Source of the DNA: Vicugna vicugna
Taxonomy: Eukaryota
Assembly: GCA_013265495.1 (NCBI GenBank)
Contig: MU057744.1
Location: 3,175,370 to 3,239,369, forward strand
Reading direction: 5' to 3'
DNA: 64,000 nt
Within the stretch, counting starts at the first letter, position 1. The number at the start of each line of letters is the position of its first letter. Position numbers and translations under genes: made by a program. The notes beneath the pieces are model-generated. The model saw only the letters and a program-made list of their open reading frames with translations. It was not told the origin of the DNA and made no database searches. Shown here piece by piece: positions 37,930-51,029 of the stretch.

Positions 37930-38800
37930 CTGAAGTAGTTGATTTGCAGTGTTGTATCAGTTTCTGGTGTACAGCATCGTGCTTCGGTTATATAAATATA
38001 TACAGACTTTTTCAGATTCTGTTCCATTATAGTTTATTACAAGATACCGAATGTAGTTCCCTGTGCTCTACAGTAGGTCCTTGTTTTTATCTATTTCATA
38101 TATGGTACTTAGATTCTGCAAATGATGAACTCCCAATTTATCCTTTCCCTGTTCTCCCCTGGTAACCGTAAGTTTGTTTTCTGTCTGTGAGTCTGTTTCT
38201 GTTTTACAAATAACTTCATTTGTCTCATTTTTTTGATTCCATGTATAAGTTATATCATTACATTTGTCTTTGTCACTTAGTATGATCATCTCTAGGTCCA
38301 TCCATGTTGCTGCAGATGGCATTATTTTATTCTTTTTTATGGCTGAGTAGTATTCCATTGTATAAATACACCACATCTTCTTTATGCAGTCATCTGTGGA
38401 GGGACATTTAGGTTGTTTCCATGTCTTGCCTACCGTAAATAGTGTTGCCATGAACATTGGGGTGCCTGTATCTTTTTGAATTAGAATTTTTGTCTTTTCT
38501 GGATATATTCCCAGGAGTGAGATTCCTAGTTTTTTAAGGAACCTCTGTACTGTTCTCCATAGTGGCTTCACCAATTTACATTCCCACCAGCAGTGGAGGA
38601 GGGTTCCCTTTTCTCCACACCCTTTCCAGTATTTATCATTTGTAGACTTTTTGATAGTGGCCATCCTGACTGGTGTGAGGTGATTCCTTGTTATAATTTT
38701 GCTTTGTGTTTCTCTGACAATTAGCAGTGTGAGTCATGTTTTCATGTGTGTGTTGGCTGTCTGTATGTCTTCTTTGAACACATGTCTATTTAGATCGTAT
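37930..38800 (-). mobile_element. 5'-truncated L1 (ORF2 tail plus 3' UTR)
   Basis: ORF 38068-38664(-) is the L1 ORF2 C-terminus. Imperfect TSD gaagaaatagtatttttta (37911-37929) / gaaaaaaacgtatttttta (38801-38819). Confidence 0.93.
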
Positions 38801-40116
38801 GAAAAAAACGTATTTTTTAAAGTGATGATGATGAAGGCTAGCCAGTGGGTCCTGAGATAGTTTTTTTTAATTAGGGTCCCACACTTTGTGAACATTGGTG
38901 GACAGAGGAAGGAGCCCAGATGCAGCTGAGGTAGAAGTCAGGGAAGGCAGCTTTCTGCTGAGATGAGAAGGCACAAGGGGGTTTGGTTTCTCTGGCTTGG
39001 TTTTGATTGGTTACGTTACTTTTGCTTTAACCATTCACAGAAGCGTATTCGAAGAATATGTGTTTCAGAAGCTAGTTACGGGTGACATTTTAAAGAGCAG
39101 ACCTTGAAATGTCTTCAGCTCCGGAACCTTCCTTTTGTTTTATTTTATTTTATTTTGCATGAATAAAGTTGCCATGAGCACATCTTCCAAAGAAGGAATA
39201 GTTCAGGGGTGAGATACGAGATGAACGGTGAGCTTCTTCAAAGGCTCGTGTTTGTGCTGGGCCTGTGTGTTTGCTGACAGAGTAGCCCCTGGCCTCGACA
39301 GCAGCCGGCTGTGCTGACTTTGCTCCGGGGCCCCAGGAGGGCACGGAACAGAGTCTTCTGAACAGCGGGAGGCTTGCTGGGCACTCCAGCGTCGCAGAGG
39401 GACTGGGGGCCGTTTTCTCTGGCAGAAATTGAAACACTTTCCCTAACAAACAATTCCAGCACCACTGGAAAACCCCAATACAGACTTTAAGAAGGAACAT
39501 ACACACACGTTTATGAGTTATGTCACTGAAAAGTGACTAACAGTGGTTGTTGGCTGCTCTCGGCGGATTAGCGATTGAAGTCACATTTCTTCCCGTGTGA
39601 GCAGTGACCTGTGTGTGAAGTCCTTGTGCGGCAGAGCTGTGAGGTCGCGGATGCGGACACCACGTGCTCTTTCAAAGTGCAGTTTACTCTTTTATGCTAC
39701 CTGTCACTCCCGGCTTACACAGTGTCCAGGAAGTTGACCGCACTGAACAGAGAGCCAGCTCCCTTTCTTGAGCTGTATGCTTCCTCCTCCAAAGTTGACA
39801 TTCCTTGAAGCAGTGTCCTGAAGTGACTTGTCCTGCTCCGGCTGAAGGGTGGTCATCTGTGAGACCGCCAGCCGTCTGCCAGACAGTTCTTCACCCCGTC
39901 CGTGTCTGGAGTGACACAGACACGCAGGACTCGGAAGCCGACTTTTCTACGTCTGCTGCTCCTCATGTGAAGCCTGATTTTGTGTCCTGACAAGTAGATG
40001 GTGCAGGTGTAGGGGGACGGGTAGCAACCACTGTATTACTTTGCCACACTTCTCACGTTAACGGCTTCCAAAAATGTGGGTAAAGATAACAGTACCTGTC
40101 ACAGCGCTCCTTTCAG

Positions 40117-40221
40117 ACAATGGCAAAGCTTTAATCGGCAGATACGCAGATGCACTCTGGAGTGAAGTGCAGCTTACCAGCTTGAAACCAGGCGAGCGGT
40201 TCATTGAACGCTGCACAGAAG
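40117..40221 (+). other. Candidate 105-nt exon (phase 1-1 open: DNGKALIGRYADALWSEVQLTSLKPGERFIERCTE)
   Basis: Acceptor gctcctttcag| with a short pyrimidine tract, donor AAG|GTAAAT, length divisible by 3. Could be a chance pseudo-exon. Confidence 0.25.
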
Positions 40222-43200
40222 GTAAATGAAGTGTGTGTTTTCCAATCACAATCGGAATTTTAAGTGAGTGGAATGAAATAAACTCAGTTTGGAATTTGAA
40301 ATAAATTCAGCTTGGAATGTGTCTTAGAGACCTCAGTTTACACAAGAGCTGTGCAGACGTCTCAGCATGAAACATGACACAAGGTGAAGTTTTCCTGGCA
40401 CCTCAGTGGAGCCAGAGACGGATTTCTGCAGGGCCAGCGCATGCACAGTTGGCCGGGAGCTGTTCGCTTCTCCTCGGGGAGGGAAACGCAGATGCTTATT
40501 TAACGCCCTGGGGTGGGAGTAGCGCTCCACCTGGTCGGTGGAGTTACGTTCACTTTCTCAGAAGGTAGTGTTTTAGTTTGGTGTTACCAATAAAATATTT
40601 CCATCCTGTTTCCACGTTTCTTTTACGATGTCCGCTTCAGTAGTTCTGAGTAACTTCAACTATCACACGTAGTAAAACTGGTTGGAGAAAAGGAGAAGTG
40701 GTCAGAGGAAACCCAAGAACCCACCTCCAGTAATTCAGGGATCAGGGCTAGTGGCAGTTTACCTGTCCTGCTGCCAAAGCTGCTTCCTCAAGTTATAGAT
40801 TCTCATGAGCTGGTAGCTTTTCAGGGGAGTCACAAAGGCGTCTGGTGTCTGTGTGCAAAGCTGAAAAGAACTTGGTGACTAACAGTGCATCTGTGTCTAA
40901 GGTAAGTTTAAGTTACAAAAAGACTTAATCTTGAGAGTAGAAAAATCTACTGATTTCTTAGGAACTTAGAAATACTGGGTCATTTGGGAGTCCAGGAGGG
41001 TGCAAGGTACGGGACGCCAAAAGAGATCATCTGTAGATTAACACACTGGAAGGGGGGATGACTCCAGAAAACTGGAGAGAGGACGAGGGTGCAGAGCTGT
41101 GGGGCAGACGTTCATAATTAGATCTGGAGCATTTCGGAAGTGCAGCAGTGCAGTGGGCGAGCTCCAGGAATGCGGGGCGATCAGGCTGGGCAGACGGCTT
41201 GCTCTGCGCTTCGTCGTTTGGAGGGACGGAGTTACAGTCCCTTGTACTTACTGCATGTTGCGTTTTTCCACTAAGCAGTGTTTCCATTAAACAGTAGCTT
41301 GGGATTGTTTAGCCCTCGTTTGCGTTTGGGTAAGATCAGGACAGTGCCTATAACTTAGCAAATATTTGTTTTCCTGGCAGTGACAGACCTGCCAGTGTGG
41401 CCGCTTCAGGGGCAGAGCTACAGTGTTTACAGTTTCCCCTGCTTGGAGCTTTCTATATATTTATCCCTGGATTAGGCTCAAAGTAAGCTGGTTTTATAGA
41501 GCAGCTGGGTGATTCTGACCATTTCATCTGGCGATTTTAGAACTGCATTGCTGCAGCTGACCCGTAGACATAAGGAATTACTGGGTCACCAGCTCGCGGA
41601 AATGTCTTTTGATTATGAGCACACTCTGAGCGTGTGTCCACTCAAGGTAAGGGGGAGGTACTGCGTGATCTACTTTAATGCCAATTTTGGTTAAATCAAA
41701 GTGGGATTTCGGTGGTGGCCTGGCTGCATCTCCTTAAGTTTAAGTGGTGGTTTGGCAGTTCTGTGTGGAAACAAGAGGTCTTTGAGGAACTGAGCCCTCG
41801 GACGAAGCAGCCGCGTCCGTCAAACCACATCCTTCCTGCTGCCTGTGGAAACGGGGTGGTGTTTGTGTTGGGCTCCAAGCACACGCAGAGCAGATCTGTG
41901 TGCACTTCCACAAATAAAGGGACATTGTGTGTGTGTTTGGCACCTGTGACAGCCAGGACAGTTGATTGCTTCCGAAAGCTTTGTTCCCACACTGTAGTCA
42001 GCAGGGTTTGAAACACTGAGCTTGGAGCCGGGAACTAAAAATACACATTTAAGCATTATCGTTTTAATGCTTAATCACAGCATTAAGTTCTGAAGAGCAG
42101 GGCGAAGACTTGCAGACTGTGTTACAGCCGTGTGGTCGCTCCAGCTACTGCAGCTCGGGGGACGGGGCTTGGCGCACTGTGTATCCAGCCCGCAGAGTAA
42201 CGAGCCGGGGTGGGGAGCGTTCTGAGTTACTCTTGTCATCTGATGAAGATGAACCAGAATGTATGGGGTCTGAGCGTATGTTTGGCTAAAACTGAGAACT
42301 TTGCCCTGTTTTCCTTGCTCGTATTGTTCGTGTCATGTTTCACAGAGCTCTTGTCTTGTATCCAGACATGGGGTAGCACCCCATCAAAAAAAAGTTGAAA
42401 ATAAAATTAGAAGTAAGATTACAAATTAAGTTTGGGTTATTAAAGTGGAGCAGAGATTCTGCAGTGCCGGGGGCCCGTCTTCCCAGGGCACCAGTCAGGA
42501 CCTTTCCATGGTGCACACATTTACCAAGTGAAGAAAGAGCTAAGCATGCATATTTTAAATGCTCATGAGACATGGGAAATTTGAGTTTTCTGTTTTGGGG
42601 TTTTTTTTTTTAGATTTTCTGTTACGTGATTCTCTAGAGCTTATACCAAAAAGCGCATGAGCAGGCGTGATTAGAAGAGAAAAAGTCTTGTGCAGTTCGT
42701 GCTGGAAATCACGTGTTGTATTTGACCCCTACATCAGTGGTCGTCTCCGTGAATGTAATGAAAACAAAGACAGGTGATAGCCCTCAGGTTTATTGGAATG
42801 CACTTTTTCTAGGTGAATACAATTTCCTTCTTTACACTTCTGTGAGAAGGAGTGATTTTGTTAAGAGCAGTAAGCATTGTTAAATTTTATTTTTGTTTTA
42901 TTTACATTCAACTGAAATAGATTTGAGAAGAATGTATTCATTTATTCATTTCAGCAAGGGTATCCATAAATTATTATAGTATGAGAATTATGTATTATGA
43001 AAATTTTAATAACCCTAGTTTTATTCAAGTGGGCTGATTAAAGCAGTGCTCCTCTGAAGAAGTGAAAGTGTGTCAAATGCCCAGACTCTGTGCCGTGTAA
43101 AGATACCTGTTCCTCAGAAAGCCCCGTGTGTTTCAGTTCTCAGAACAGACCCTGCAGAGGGTCCCTGTCTGATTCCGTGAGTGAAATTCTCTCCAGAGGG

Positions 43201-44984
43201 AGTGCCAAGTACAAGAGGTGAGGTTAGGATGAAGGTCCTTCTCTGGTGCAGCTTACAGTAGGGCCACTGCTCCCCAGCTCGCATAGCTCAGCTTACATCA
43301 TAATCCCAGGGACTTCGGTATCAAGTCTCTGTGTGAAGAAACACATTTAAAAGCTGGGCATGGCATTAAGCCTTAGGAATGGCATTTTTACTGAGTAGTC
43401 ATTAATGCTTTCAAGGCTTCTAAAACACAGTAAAGAATGTGTAAGCCATGGATGATACCAACGCATTTTATCAACAGGCAGTGCCAAGTTTCAAACTGAA
43501 AGTAAGTCACAATGGGAGCTTATATTTTAATGAAGGACAGAAAAAGTACCCTTGTAACAGGTTAAAAAGAAGAATAATGATAATTAAAAAAACCTTTTAC
43601 ATATTGCCAGGCCAAATGAAGATTTCACTGCGATAATTCCTACGCTGAGAATTCGTTGTGGGGCAGTCAGAACGTATTCTCTTACTAAGGTATGGGAAAT
43701 GCAAAAGAAGCGTTAAGCACACAGTCTGGTAGGAGATTATATGTGCCTGTTTGTGTTACATGCACCTATGGAACAGCTGGAGAATAATACCAACGAGACC
43801 AAAAATACAGCAACGCAGCATGAAAAAGTAAACGTTGCAGAAGGCAGGGGAGGAGACAGCAGAAGACAGAGGGAATTTCCAGGACAGTGAGGTGTTTTTA
43901 AGAGGGGTCTTGAAAATGGGTAAACTTTGTGCCCTCAACAAAGGGTAGAGAAAGGCATTCCAGACCGTGAAACCCTAGAAGAAAATGAAAAATAGTTAAT
44001 TTTCCAACTCACATTCAGCTTTTGGTTCAAGGGATGAGCATTTAGATACACTGCAACTTATTTGATCTTCTCCTGCATGAATCATTCAGTTTCTTTAATG
44101 TTCCAGCCAAAGTCTCTGAAGCAGTTTAGCCACTTGATTTTGCCAGGCGATTTACAAAGATGTAGTCGCCTGGAAGATGCTAAAAGGATTGACTGAAACT
44201 AGTTTTCTTCCAGTCTTGTGAAGTGTGGCTTTGTTTCAGTCAGGTTGACTTGATGGCTAACAAAACAAAAAGACCCCACCAGCCGCGTTTCTCAGCGTCC
44301 CGTGGCCACGCGCACCTGTCCACTCACGGGTGCCCTGTCTGTTGTGTGAACAGACACTACTGCTGTCTGCTCCGTACTTCACGTGTTATTTTCACCAACT
44401 TACAAAGTCTTTCCTCTTGCAGTTTCCTAGAAAAAAGGACACAGATAACAAAATCTGGAGACTTCAGTTCTCGATTTGTAGTTGCTCCTACCAGCTCTGT
44501 GACTCTGGTCAAGTCAGGTACCCCTTCTTCCTCTCAGTTTTCCTCCGCTGACTCACTGGTCGCTGAGCATGCTCAGCCACCCAGACGCACCGTCTGCGAT
44601 GCGAGTCTGTTGGAGAGAAGAATCTTCGTTATTTAGACTGTTAAGGATAATTTTAATGTGCAAATAATACTTTTCATTTGGAGCTAAAGTAACATATGCA
44701 GGAGTTGCATTCATGATGATCACTCAAATGAATCCTTTCTAAGCCTGGAAAAGCTATGCATTTAGTCAAGAACGTCCGTAAACACGGGTGTGCTTTATTG
44801 AGTCTCACCTTCCCTTTACGCTGGTTTCTCAAGTGTGAGTACGTTCCAGAGTAGGTACAGAGCGGATATCACCTAAGAGATTATAAAAAGTTGAAAGGGA
44901 AATAAAAGTCAAAACAGGTTTGATTGGTTGTGTCACCACTGTATTAATGTATTCTGTCTAGGGGGGCCTTAATTAGATTTACTT

Positions 44985-45070
44985 GCTTATTTTTAGAGGA
45001 GGTACTGGGGCCTGCACGCAGGACCTCGGGCATGCTGAGCGCGCTCTAGCCCTTGAGCTGTGCCCTCCCC
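44985..45070 (-). mobile_element. tRNA-Ala-derived camelid SINE (vic-1 type) with GC-biased substitutions
   Basis: Reverse complement reads ggggagggcacagctcaagggctagagcgcgctcagcatgcccgaggtcctgcgtgcaggccccagtacctcc plus an A-rich tail. Confidence 0.85.
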
Positions 45071-46469
45071 CTTACCTCAGCTTGTTTTGAGGGAAGCTTG
45101 GTAGTCCATTACTGGTGTGTACCCTGAACCTCGCTGAGCAGTGGAGTCCGCTCAGTGCCCTCTGCCTCCTGTCTCGTGTTTCCTCTCCGTGGCGGGAGAG
45201 GTGCCGCTGGGGTGCGGGTCAGCGGCCTCTCAGTCGGCTCGTGTGGCAGCAGCGCAGCTGCGTCGGTCTGTGGAGCCGCACCCGGGCCGTCGGCACGCAG
45301 GTGCCTTCTGGGAATACCAAACATGCGGAGCAGCCCCCCTCAGCAGGCGGCAGGCGTGCCTGCGTACCTTCCGTGCTGCATCACGAGGAGAAAGCCGGTC
45401 CCTAAGGTGTGACTGAATTGTAGCTGTTGTTCAGAGTTGTCATGTCTTGTCGGCATTTTCCTTTGAGAGACCAGTAGTTTGTGCTGTCTTTGGTGGAGGT
45501 GGCAGCAGCAAAATCAGGTTTGTTACTTATTTTGGACTTGATATTTCAGCTTGGTCTTTAAAATGCACAATGGGTCACGAGGACTGGCAGATGCAGCAAC
45601 TGAGCAGATGTTAACGAGCCTCTCCTGGGACTGTCACAGAGCTGTGTCACCACAGCCTGTAGCAGTGACGGCCAGCGCACGCTGAGCGATCAGCGTGTGC
45701 CAGACATGGTGCTAGTGCTTTATTGCTGCATCTCGTTGTCCTCGCCCTGGGTGGGGTGTAAAGTGCTTGACTGTGACCCTGTCTTCGGGGCGAGCTGCAT
45801 AAGGTGTTTCTGGAACTAGATCGGGAGGCGCTGTGTCCACCGTGACGGACCCAGGGCCACCGCAGCTCCGGCGGGGCCTCCGCTCGCACCCTGGTGCGGC
45901 GCTCATCCCAGAGCTTAAACGTGCTGCCCCAGGACGAGACCGGGAGCGTTTTGCATCTTTGCGGCACCCACTCCGTTGGGTGCCAGATCCAAATCGTGGC
46001 GCTTGCCAAAAATCCAGGCATTTTCACCACAGAAAGTCAGGAAACAAACTCCATTTTATGAATGAGTATATTTTGGCCCTCAGTGAAGTCACTGAAGCCA
46101 AGCTGCAGAATCTCGGCTACTGTCAAATATGGTTGAAAACTCTCAAACGTGCCCCTTTGTCCCTATTCAGACCCCCAGGCCAGAAGCCTTGCCTTGGTTG
46201 GCTGGGTTGTAGGTGCCGGAACAGTGGTCAGCGTGGCAGGAGTGTTGGCATGGGAGGGCGTGAATACAGGCCAGGCCTGGTAAACCTCCCCATCCACGGA
46301 AGCCCGTCTGGAGCCCTCAGCCGAGCACAGGGCGGGTGGTTCCCTTTGTCAGGTCGTTTGGTGATGCGACACGTGGCAAAGCCCGACACTGGCAGCAGCA
46401 ATCACTTTTTGTCATGTTCTTCAGATTGAGTTGTTCAGTTATCACCAGATATGGCGGTGGTGTAGAGTC

Positions 46470-46660
46470 AGTTTGAGAAGTATGAATTACTGGATCAGAG
46501 TCCAGGCTTTGCCGTTTATTAAGTTATGTACCCTCCCCAGACTTGAGGCCCCTTACTTGTGAAATGTGTATGCCAGTAGGGCTGGTGTGTGGATTCAGGG
46601 AACTTGCACAGTCGAGCGCTGAGCACAGCTCCTGGTGCAGAGGACACATCTGATAAATGC
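46470..46660 (+). mobile_element. MIR SINE
   Basis: 'ggatcagagtccaggctttgccgtttattaagttatgtacc...acttgtgaaatg...cctggtgcagagg'. Confidence 0.55.
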
Positions 46661-48072
46661 TGATGTTAGAGAGTTTGTAGCAGTGGTTCTCCAATCTAGC
46701 GTCTTCTCCACGTGGATGTTTCAAACATACCTCAAACAGAGCTGCCTAATCTTCCTTCGGTGTGCTGTATTTCACCTTTTCACCGCACCATCTGTGCTGG
46801 AAACTCCGGAGGCTTCCTCTTTGTTCTCTGTGTCCACATGTGATCATTTACGAAGGCTTGATGATTTTACTATTTAAATATGCCTAAATTTTCTGACTCC
46901 TTACACCAATGCCTTATTTCAGGCCCTTATTGTCTCTGGACCTGATTACTAAAGCAGCCAGTTACTCTCACATTCAATCTGGCCCAACGCCCCCCGGTCA
47001 CTCCTTCCCCTGCCCTTGCTCCCCGGGCGGCTCCCTTCTCCTGGACGTGCGGGCCGAGCCCCGCCAGACGCCACCTCCTTGGACCTGGCTGCTGCCTCTA
47101 TCTCTGACAGTTTCCTTCCTCGATATACCTTGTACTTAGGAGTTTACTTAGGGCATGATTTTTAAAGAATAATTTTGCTATTAGAAACATGCTGTCTGGA
47201 GAGTGATGGCATGGTATTTTCTTTGCTTTTGTGGTGTAATACCAGTGTACTTTTCCAAGGGGTTGAGTCTTTCTTCTGCCATCGTTAACAGTTAAGTGGA
47301 AGCTTGGAAAATAAATATTAAGTAAGAACCTAAAATTAGTAGATTATTGATCATTTGTTTCCAAAATATTATGAGTTCAGTGAATGAATATCTTAGAAAT
47401 AAACATACATGAACTGGGGTGGAATATGCTCATCCCCAGGACGGCTGCAGCTGTACTAGGGCACATGCCCGAGTGGTTTTAAACACACTGGAGTGTGTGT
47501 AGATTTGTATACGAGCGTAGTTCCACCCTCTGCAGCCTGATGTATGTGCCTTTTTGTTTCTTGTTACGAGACATGCCTGTTGTTTCTGTGGAGGTGCACA
47601 CTTTTTATGCCAAATGTCTGTCTGCACAGATTACGGCCATACAGTTGCCTCATCTGTTAGATTTTAAGCTTCCTGACAACAGGGAAACTCTTACAAGTGT
47701 GAATTCCCACAAAACACCTTGCGACCAGTCTGTAAATGCTTGGTGATTGGCTGACTGAGCGTCAGATCATGGATTTTGAATTGCTTAAACAACAGTTTAA
47801 ACTGGAGCTTCTCTATCTGGATGAATACTTTAGAAAGACTCCTTGCCCTAAAATCCAGCCTGGAATTTGCTAACTGTTTCAAGGGAGCAAAAGTGAATTG
47901 GATTAAAATCAAAATGGTTGCTGGTTTGAATTCAAAGGAGCAACCACATAGCTTGATTATTGAGGTGTGCACATTTCCCTCTTTTTAAACTTTATTAAAC
48001 AATATTATAGAAAATTACCAAAAACTCTAGTGTAAATGTCTCTGAGCTCTTTCATACTCCCAAAGTCTGGCA

Positions 48073-48276
48073 CAGGACAGCAAACCGCAGCCCTCAGGTA
48101 AAATTTGCCTCATTGACTGTTGTTGTAAATAAAGTTTTATTGGAACACATCCAGGCTCATTTGTCTGCACACTGTCCGTGGCTGCTGTGGTGCTAAGTGG
48201 CAGAACTGAGTAGCTGCCGCAGACGCTGTAAAGTGGAAACGCTCAGGCCCTTTAATGGAAAGTTTGCTAACTCCTG
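48073..48276 (+). mobile_element. MER58A (hAT-Charlie MITE), near full length
   Basis: 'ttgtaaataaagttttattggaacac', termini cagg..gcaaac / gtttgc..cctg, 8-bp TSD gtctggca / gtctagcg. Confidence 0.88.
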
Positions 48277-48984
48277 GTCTAGCGTATTGGTGGTTCTGTT
48301 TTGGTTTTTCTGTGATTTTTTTTTTGTCTAGATGTAGTTACTTTTTGGTGCTTTGTGAGTGGGTATGCGCCGAATTAAAAAGAATGGTGAATCGTGACAC
48401 CCGTGGCATTCATGTGCTGTGTATTACTAAACTAGGGCCCATCTGATGGCCAGTCAGTCTTGTCCTGTTCCATTTTGACTGATGCTGATTTACCTTTTTA
48501 AAAACGTGAACACCGTATACTTCAAAGCATGAAGTGTGGAAGCAGCCCGTGTATCTGGAAAGGTTTACCAGGTGGTTTTCCAGGTTTGGGGGGACAGAAC
48601 TCGCCTTTATGGCCTCAGCATTTACTTTCCTGATTCTACACAAGGCACACAGTGATATTAAGTGGACAAAACACTTGTCTGAAATTAATGAGCAATAATT
48701 CTCTTTTCCACTGAGTGTAAAATCCTGGGCAGTCTCTGTTTTAGTTTTCCTTTTCTGAAAACAGACATGACAATAAATGTCTTACAGAAGCAACTCCAAG
48801 AAATGGTGTGCTGACGAAATGTGGGTTTGTGAACAAATTAGAACGATTTAATTTATTTACCGTTATGATGCAGCATCTCACGTTGCCTGACAGGTAGCAG
48901 TGCTCATTAGATACTTATACCTGAGTTACTGGCGATGTGCCGGAGACGTGCAGATGTTCTGGAAGCAAGGCTTCCAGCAACAGC

Positions 48985-49200
48985 CGAGAGCGCAGACTTA
49001 GCAGCCCTGGGCGTGGACCTCGGCTCCGCCACTCACTGCCTTGGTCATGATGCACGTTAGGTGAACTCTAAGCCTCAGTTTGGCTACCTGTACGATAAGG
49101 ATGCTAAGGGTGCCTGCTTCACAGAGTTAGCCTGATGGTCAGAGGGTGAGATGCAGATGGAGCACGAACCGTGTGCTTGGCACGCAGACGGCTCCCTGTG
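48985..49200 (+). mobile_element. MIR SINE (GC-shifted)
   Basis: 'cctcggctccgccactcact...aactctaagcctcagttt...cctgta...gtgcttggcacgcag'. Confidence 0.7.
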
Positions 49201-51029
49201 TGTGAGGTGTTCTCGTGCGTTAGTATGACTCTGGGTGGGAGAGGGTTAGCCTGCGTTAAAGGTAATTCTCCCTGAAAGACCTTCGTCTTCTGTTTGTTAT
49301 TCTGAGCAGCCTGGCCCTGGCCCCAAAAGAATGAATATTAAAATGTTCTCTCATTTCAAAATGTCAGTTCCATAATTTCTTTGCTGGTTGAACCCTCAGC
49401 AGTGAGGCACTCTCCCTGACCTTTTATGGTGTTGCCAATTGTTTAAACGCCTCTATTAAACTTTAAAAAGCTTTTGTGCTACTTTTCCTTGATGCTTATT
49501 ATAGGGTTGGAATCGTGTGCTATAAAAAGTGTTTGGCTGTATGTGCTTTTATAATGGAAGTAATTTAATTGGGCACTGTGCCTCCACAGATCAGCAAGGG
49601 TCATATGACTCTTTTAAGAGTACGTGAGAGAAGTATTACAGAAGCAGGGGAAAAGGAAAAAAAAAACAAAGCCAGGTCACCATTGCTTTCAGCACAGAAT
49701 TGTTCATGCTTCATCAAGGCCAGTGGTGAGTCTCCCGTGCCATGCATTTGCAAGCCTGCCCGCTCTCCAGGTGTGCGCCCCTAGACTGGACAGCTAGTCA
49801 CCCTACGTCTGTCAGAGTCTCTCGGCACAATCTGAAAGTCCTGGGACAAGGGCACCCCAAACACACTACACCAGTTACACTTAGTATTTTGTCAGGAATT
49901 CTTGCTGCCTTTGAAGTTTCCTTATTGAACATAGATTACGCTTGTCACTCTGTAGGAGTACAAGAAAAAAAGACCTTTCTTAAAAAGGGGATACCCCAGC
50001 CAAGCTAATTTACATAACCTGCTCCCTTTCACCAGATGTCCGCAGCGTTCTAGAGTTAACCACCTCTCTGCCGGTGTCGATAAGGGTTTCCCATAAGCGG
50101 AGCAAACAGCGTGCCTCTCTGTGAACCTACACACACTCATGTCACCCCAGTAAAGAAGCCAGATTTACACTAGTGGTCAGGGTTACCGGCCAGCTGAACG
50201 GGGTTAGGGTGCAGGAGAACGAGGCCGTGGGGCTCTGGCAGAAGTCCTGAGCCTCCGCGTTCCGCGGCATGAAGACGCACCTGTCTGTGGCCAGCTTGTG
50301 GTATGGGAGGTGACGCAGGTGCAGTGACTCGGGGAGAAAACTACACCTGGAAGGCACCGCGTCCGTCTGCCCTACCCCTGACTCAGCTTGGTTGGGTGAG
50401 TCTTTCAAGTTTTTCAGCCTTTGTCCCCTGTTTCACAGGTTCACAGTAGTAGTTCAGTTAAGCATTATGTGGATAATTTTTGCAAATAACTAGAATAGCA
50501 TTAGCTGACAAGTCTATATAAAACGAAGCAGGAATGGTACATTCCCTTGTAGTTGATGGTGGTGCAGTTAATGGAATCCCGTAACTCTTTCCCTTTAGTG
50601 GGTTCCTAACTCAGGATGGAAGTTTTGGCGCAAAGTCCTTGTTTTTCATTCTACGTTTGACTCAAGGGTCTACCTTTCATCAGGTAGATGGGTCTCCTTG
50701 GTAGACACACCCGCACATGCAGACACCCGCACAGACAGCCTTCGTCACTGTTACAGACAAACCTGGCACAGAGTTGTCCTTCAGGTCCCCACTTGGAACG
50801 TGTCGCTGCTCATTGTGTTCGTTGTCTGGATCGGCAGTTCTCCAGATGTGGGCTGTTGAGATGCATGTTCTTGCAAGACCCTCCCAGAAGGAGGCCCAGG
50901 CCAGGCCTCTGAGGAAGTTGCCGTGTTGGCACCTGCACTGACGGCTGAAGGCGGTGGTGACTGAAGCTGCTGGCTCTGTAGCAGGAGTCGAGGCGGGGCG
51001 CCGTCTCGTCATCGTCTTCTCCACCACCC

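Noticed and set aside
44999..45070. tRNA-Ala-like sequence (also 29696-29754)
   Set aside because: SINE copies with A-rich tails and disrupted arms; the B-box of this copy is also mutated. Not functional tRNAs.
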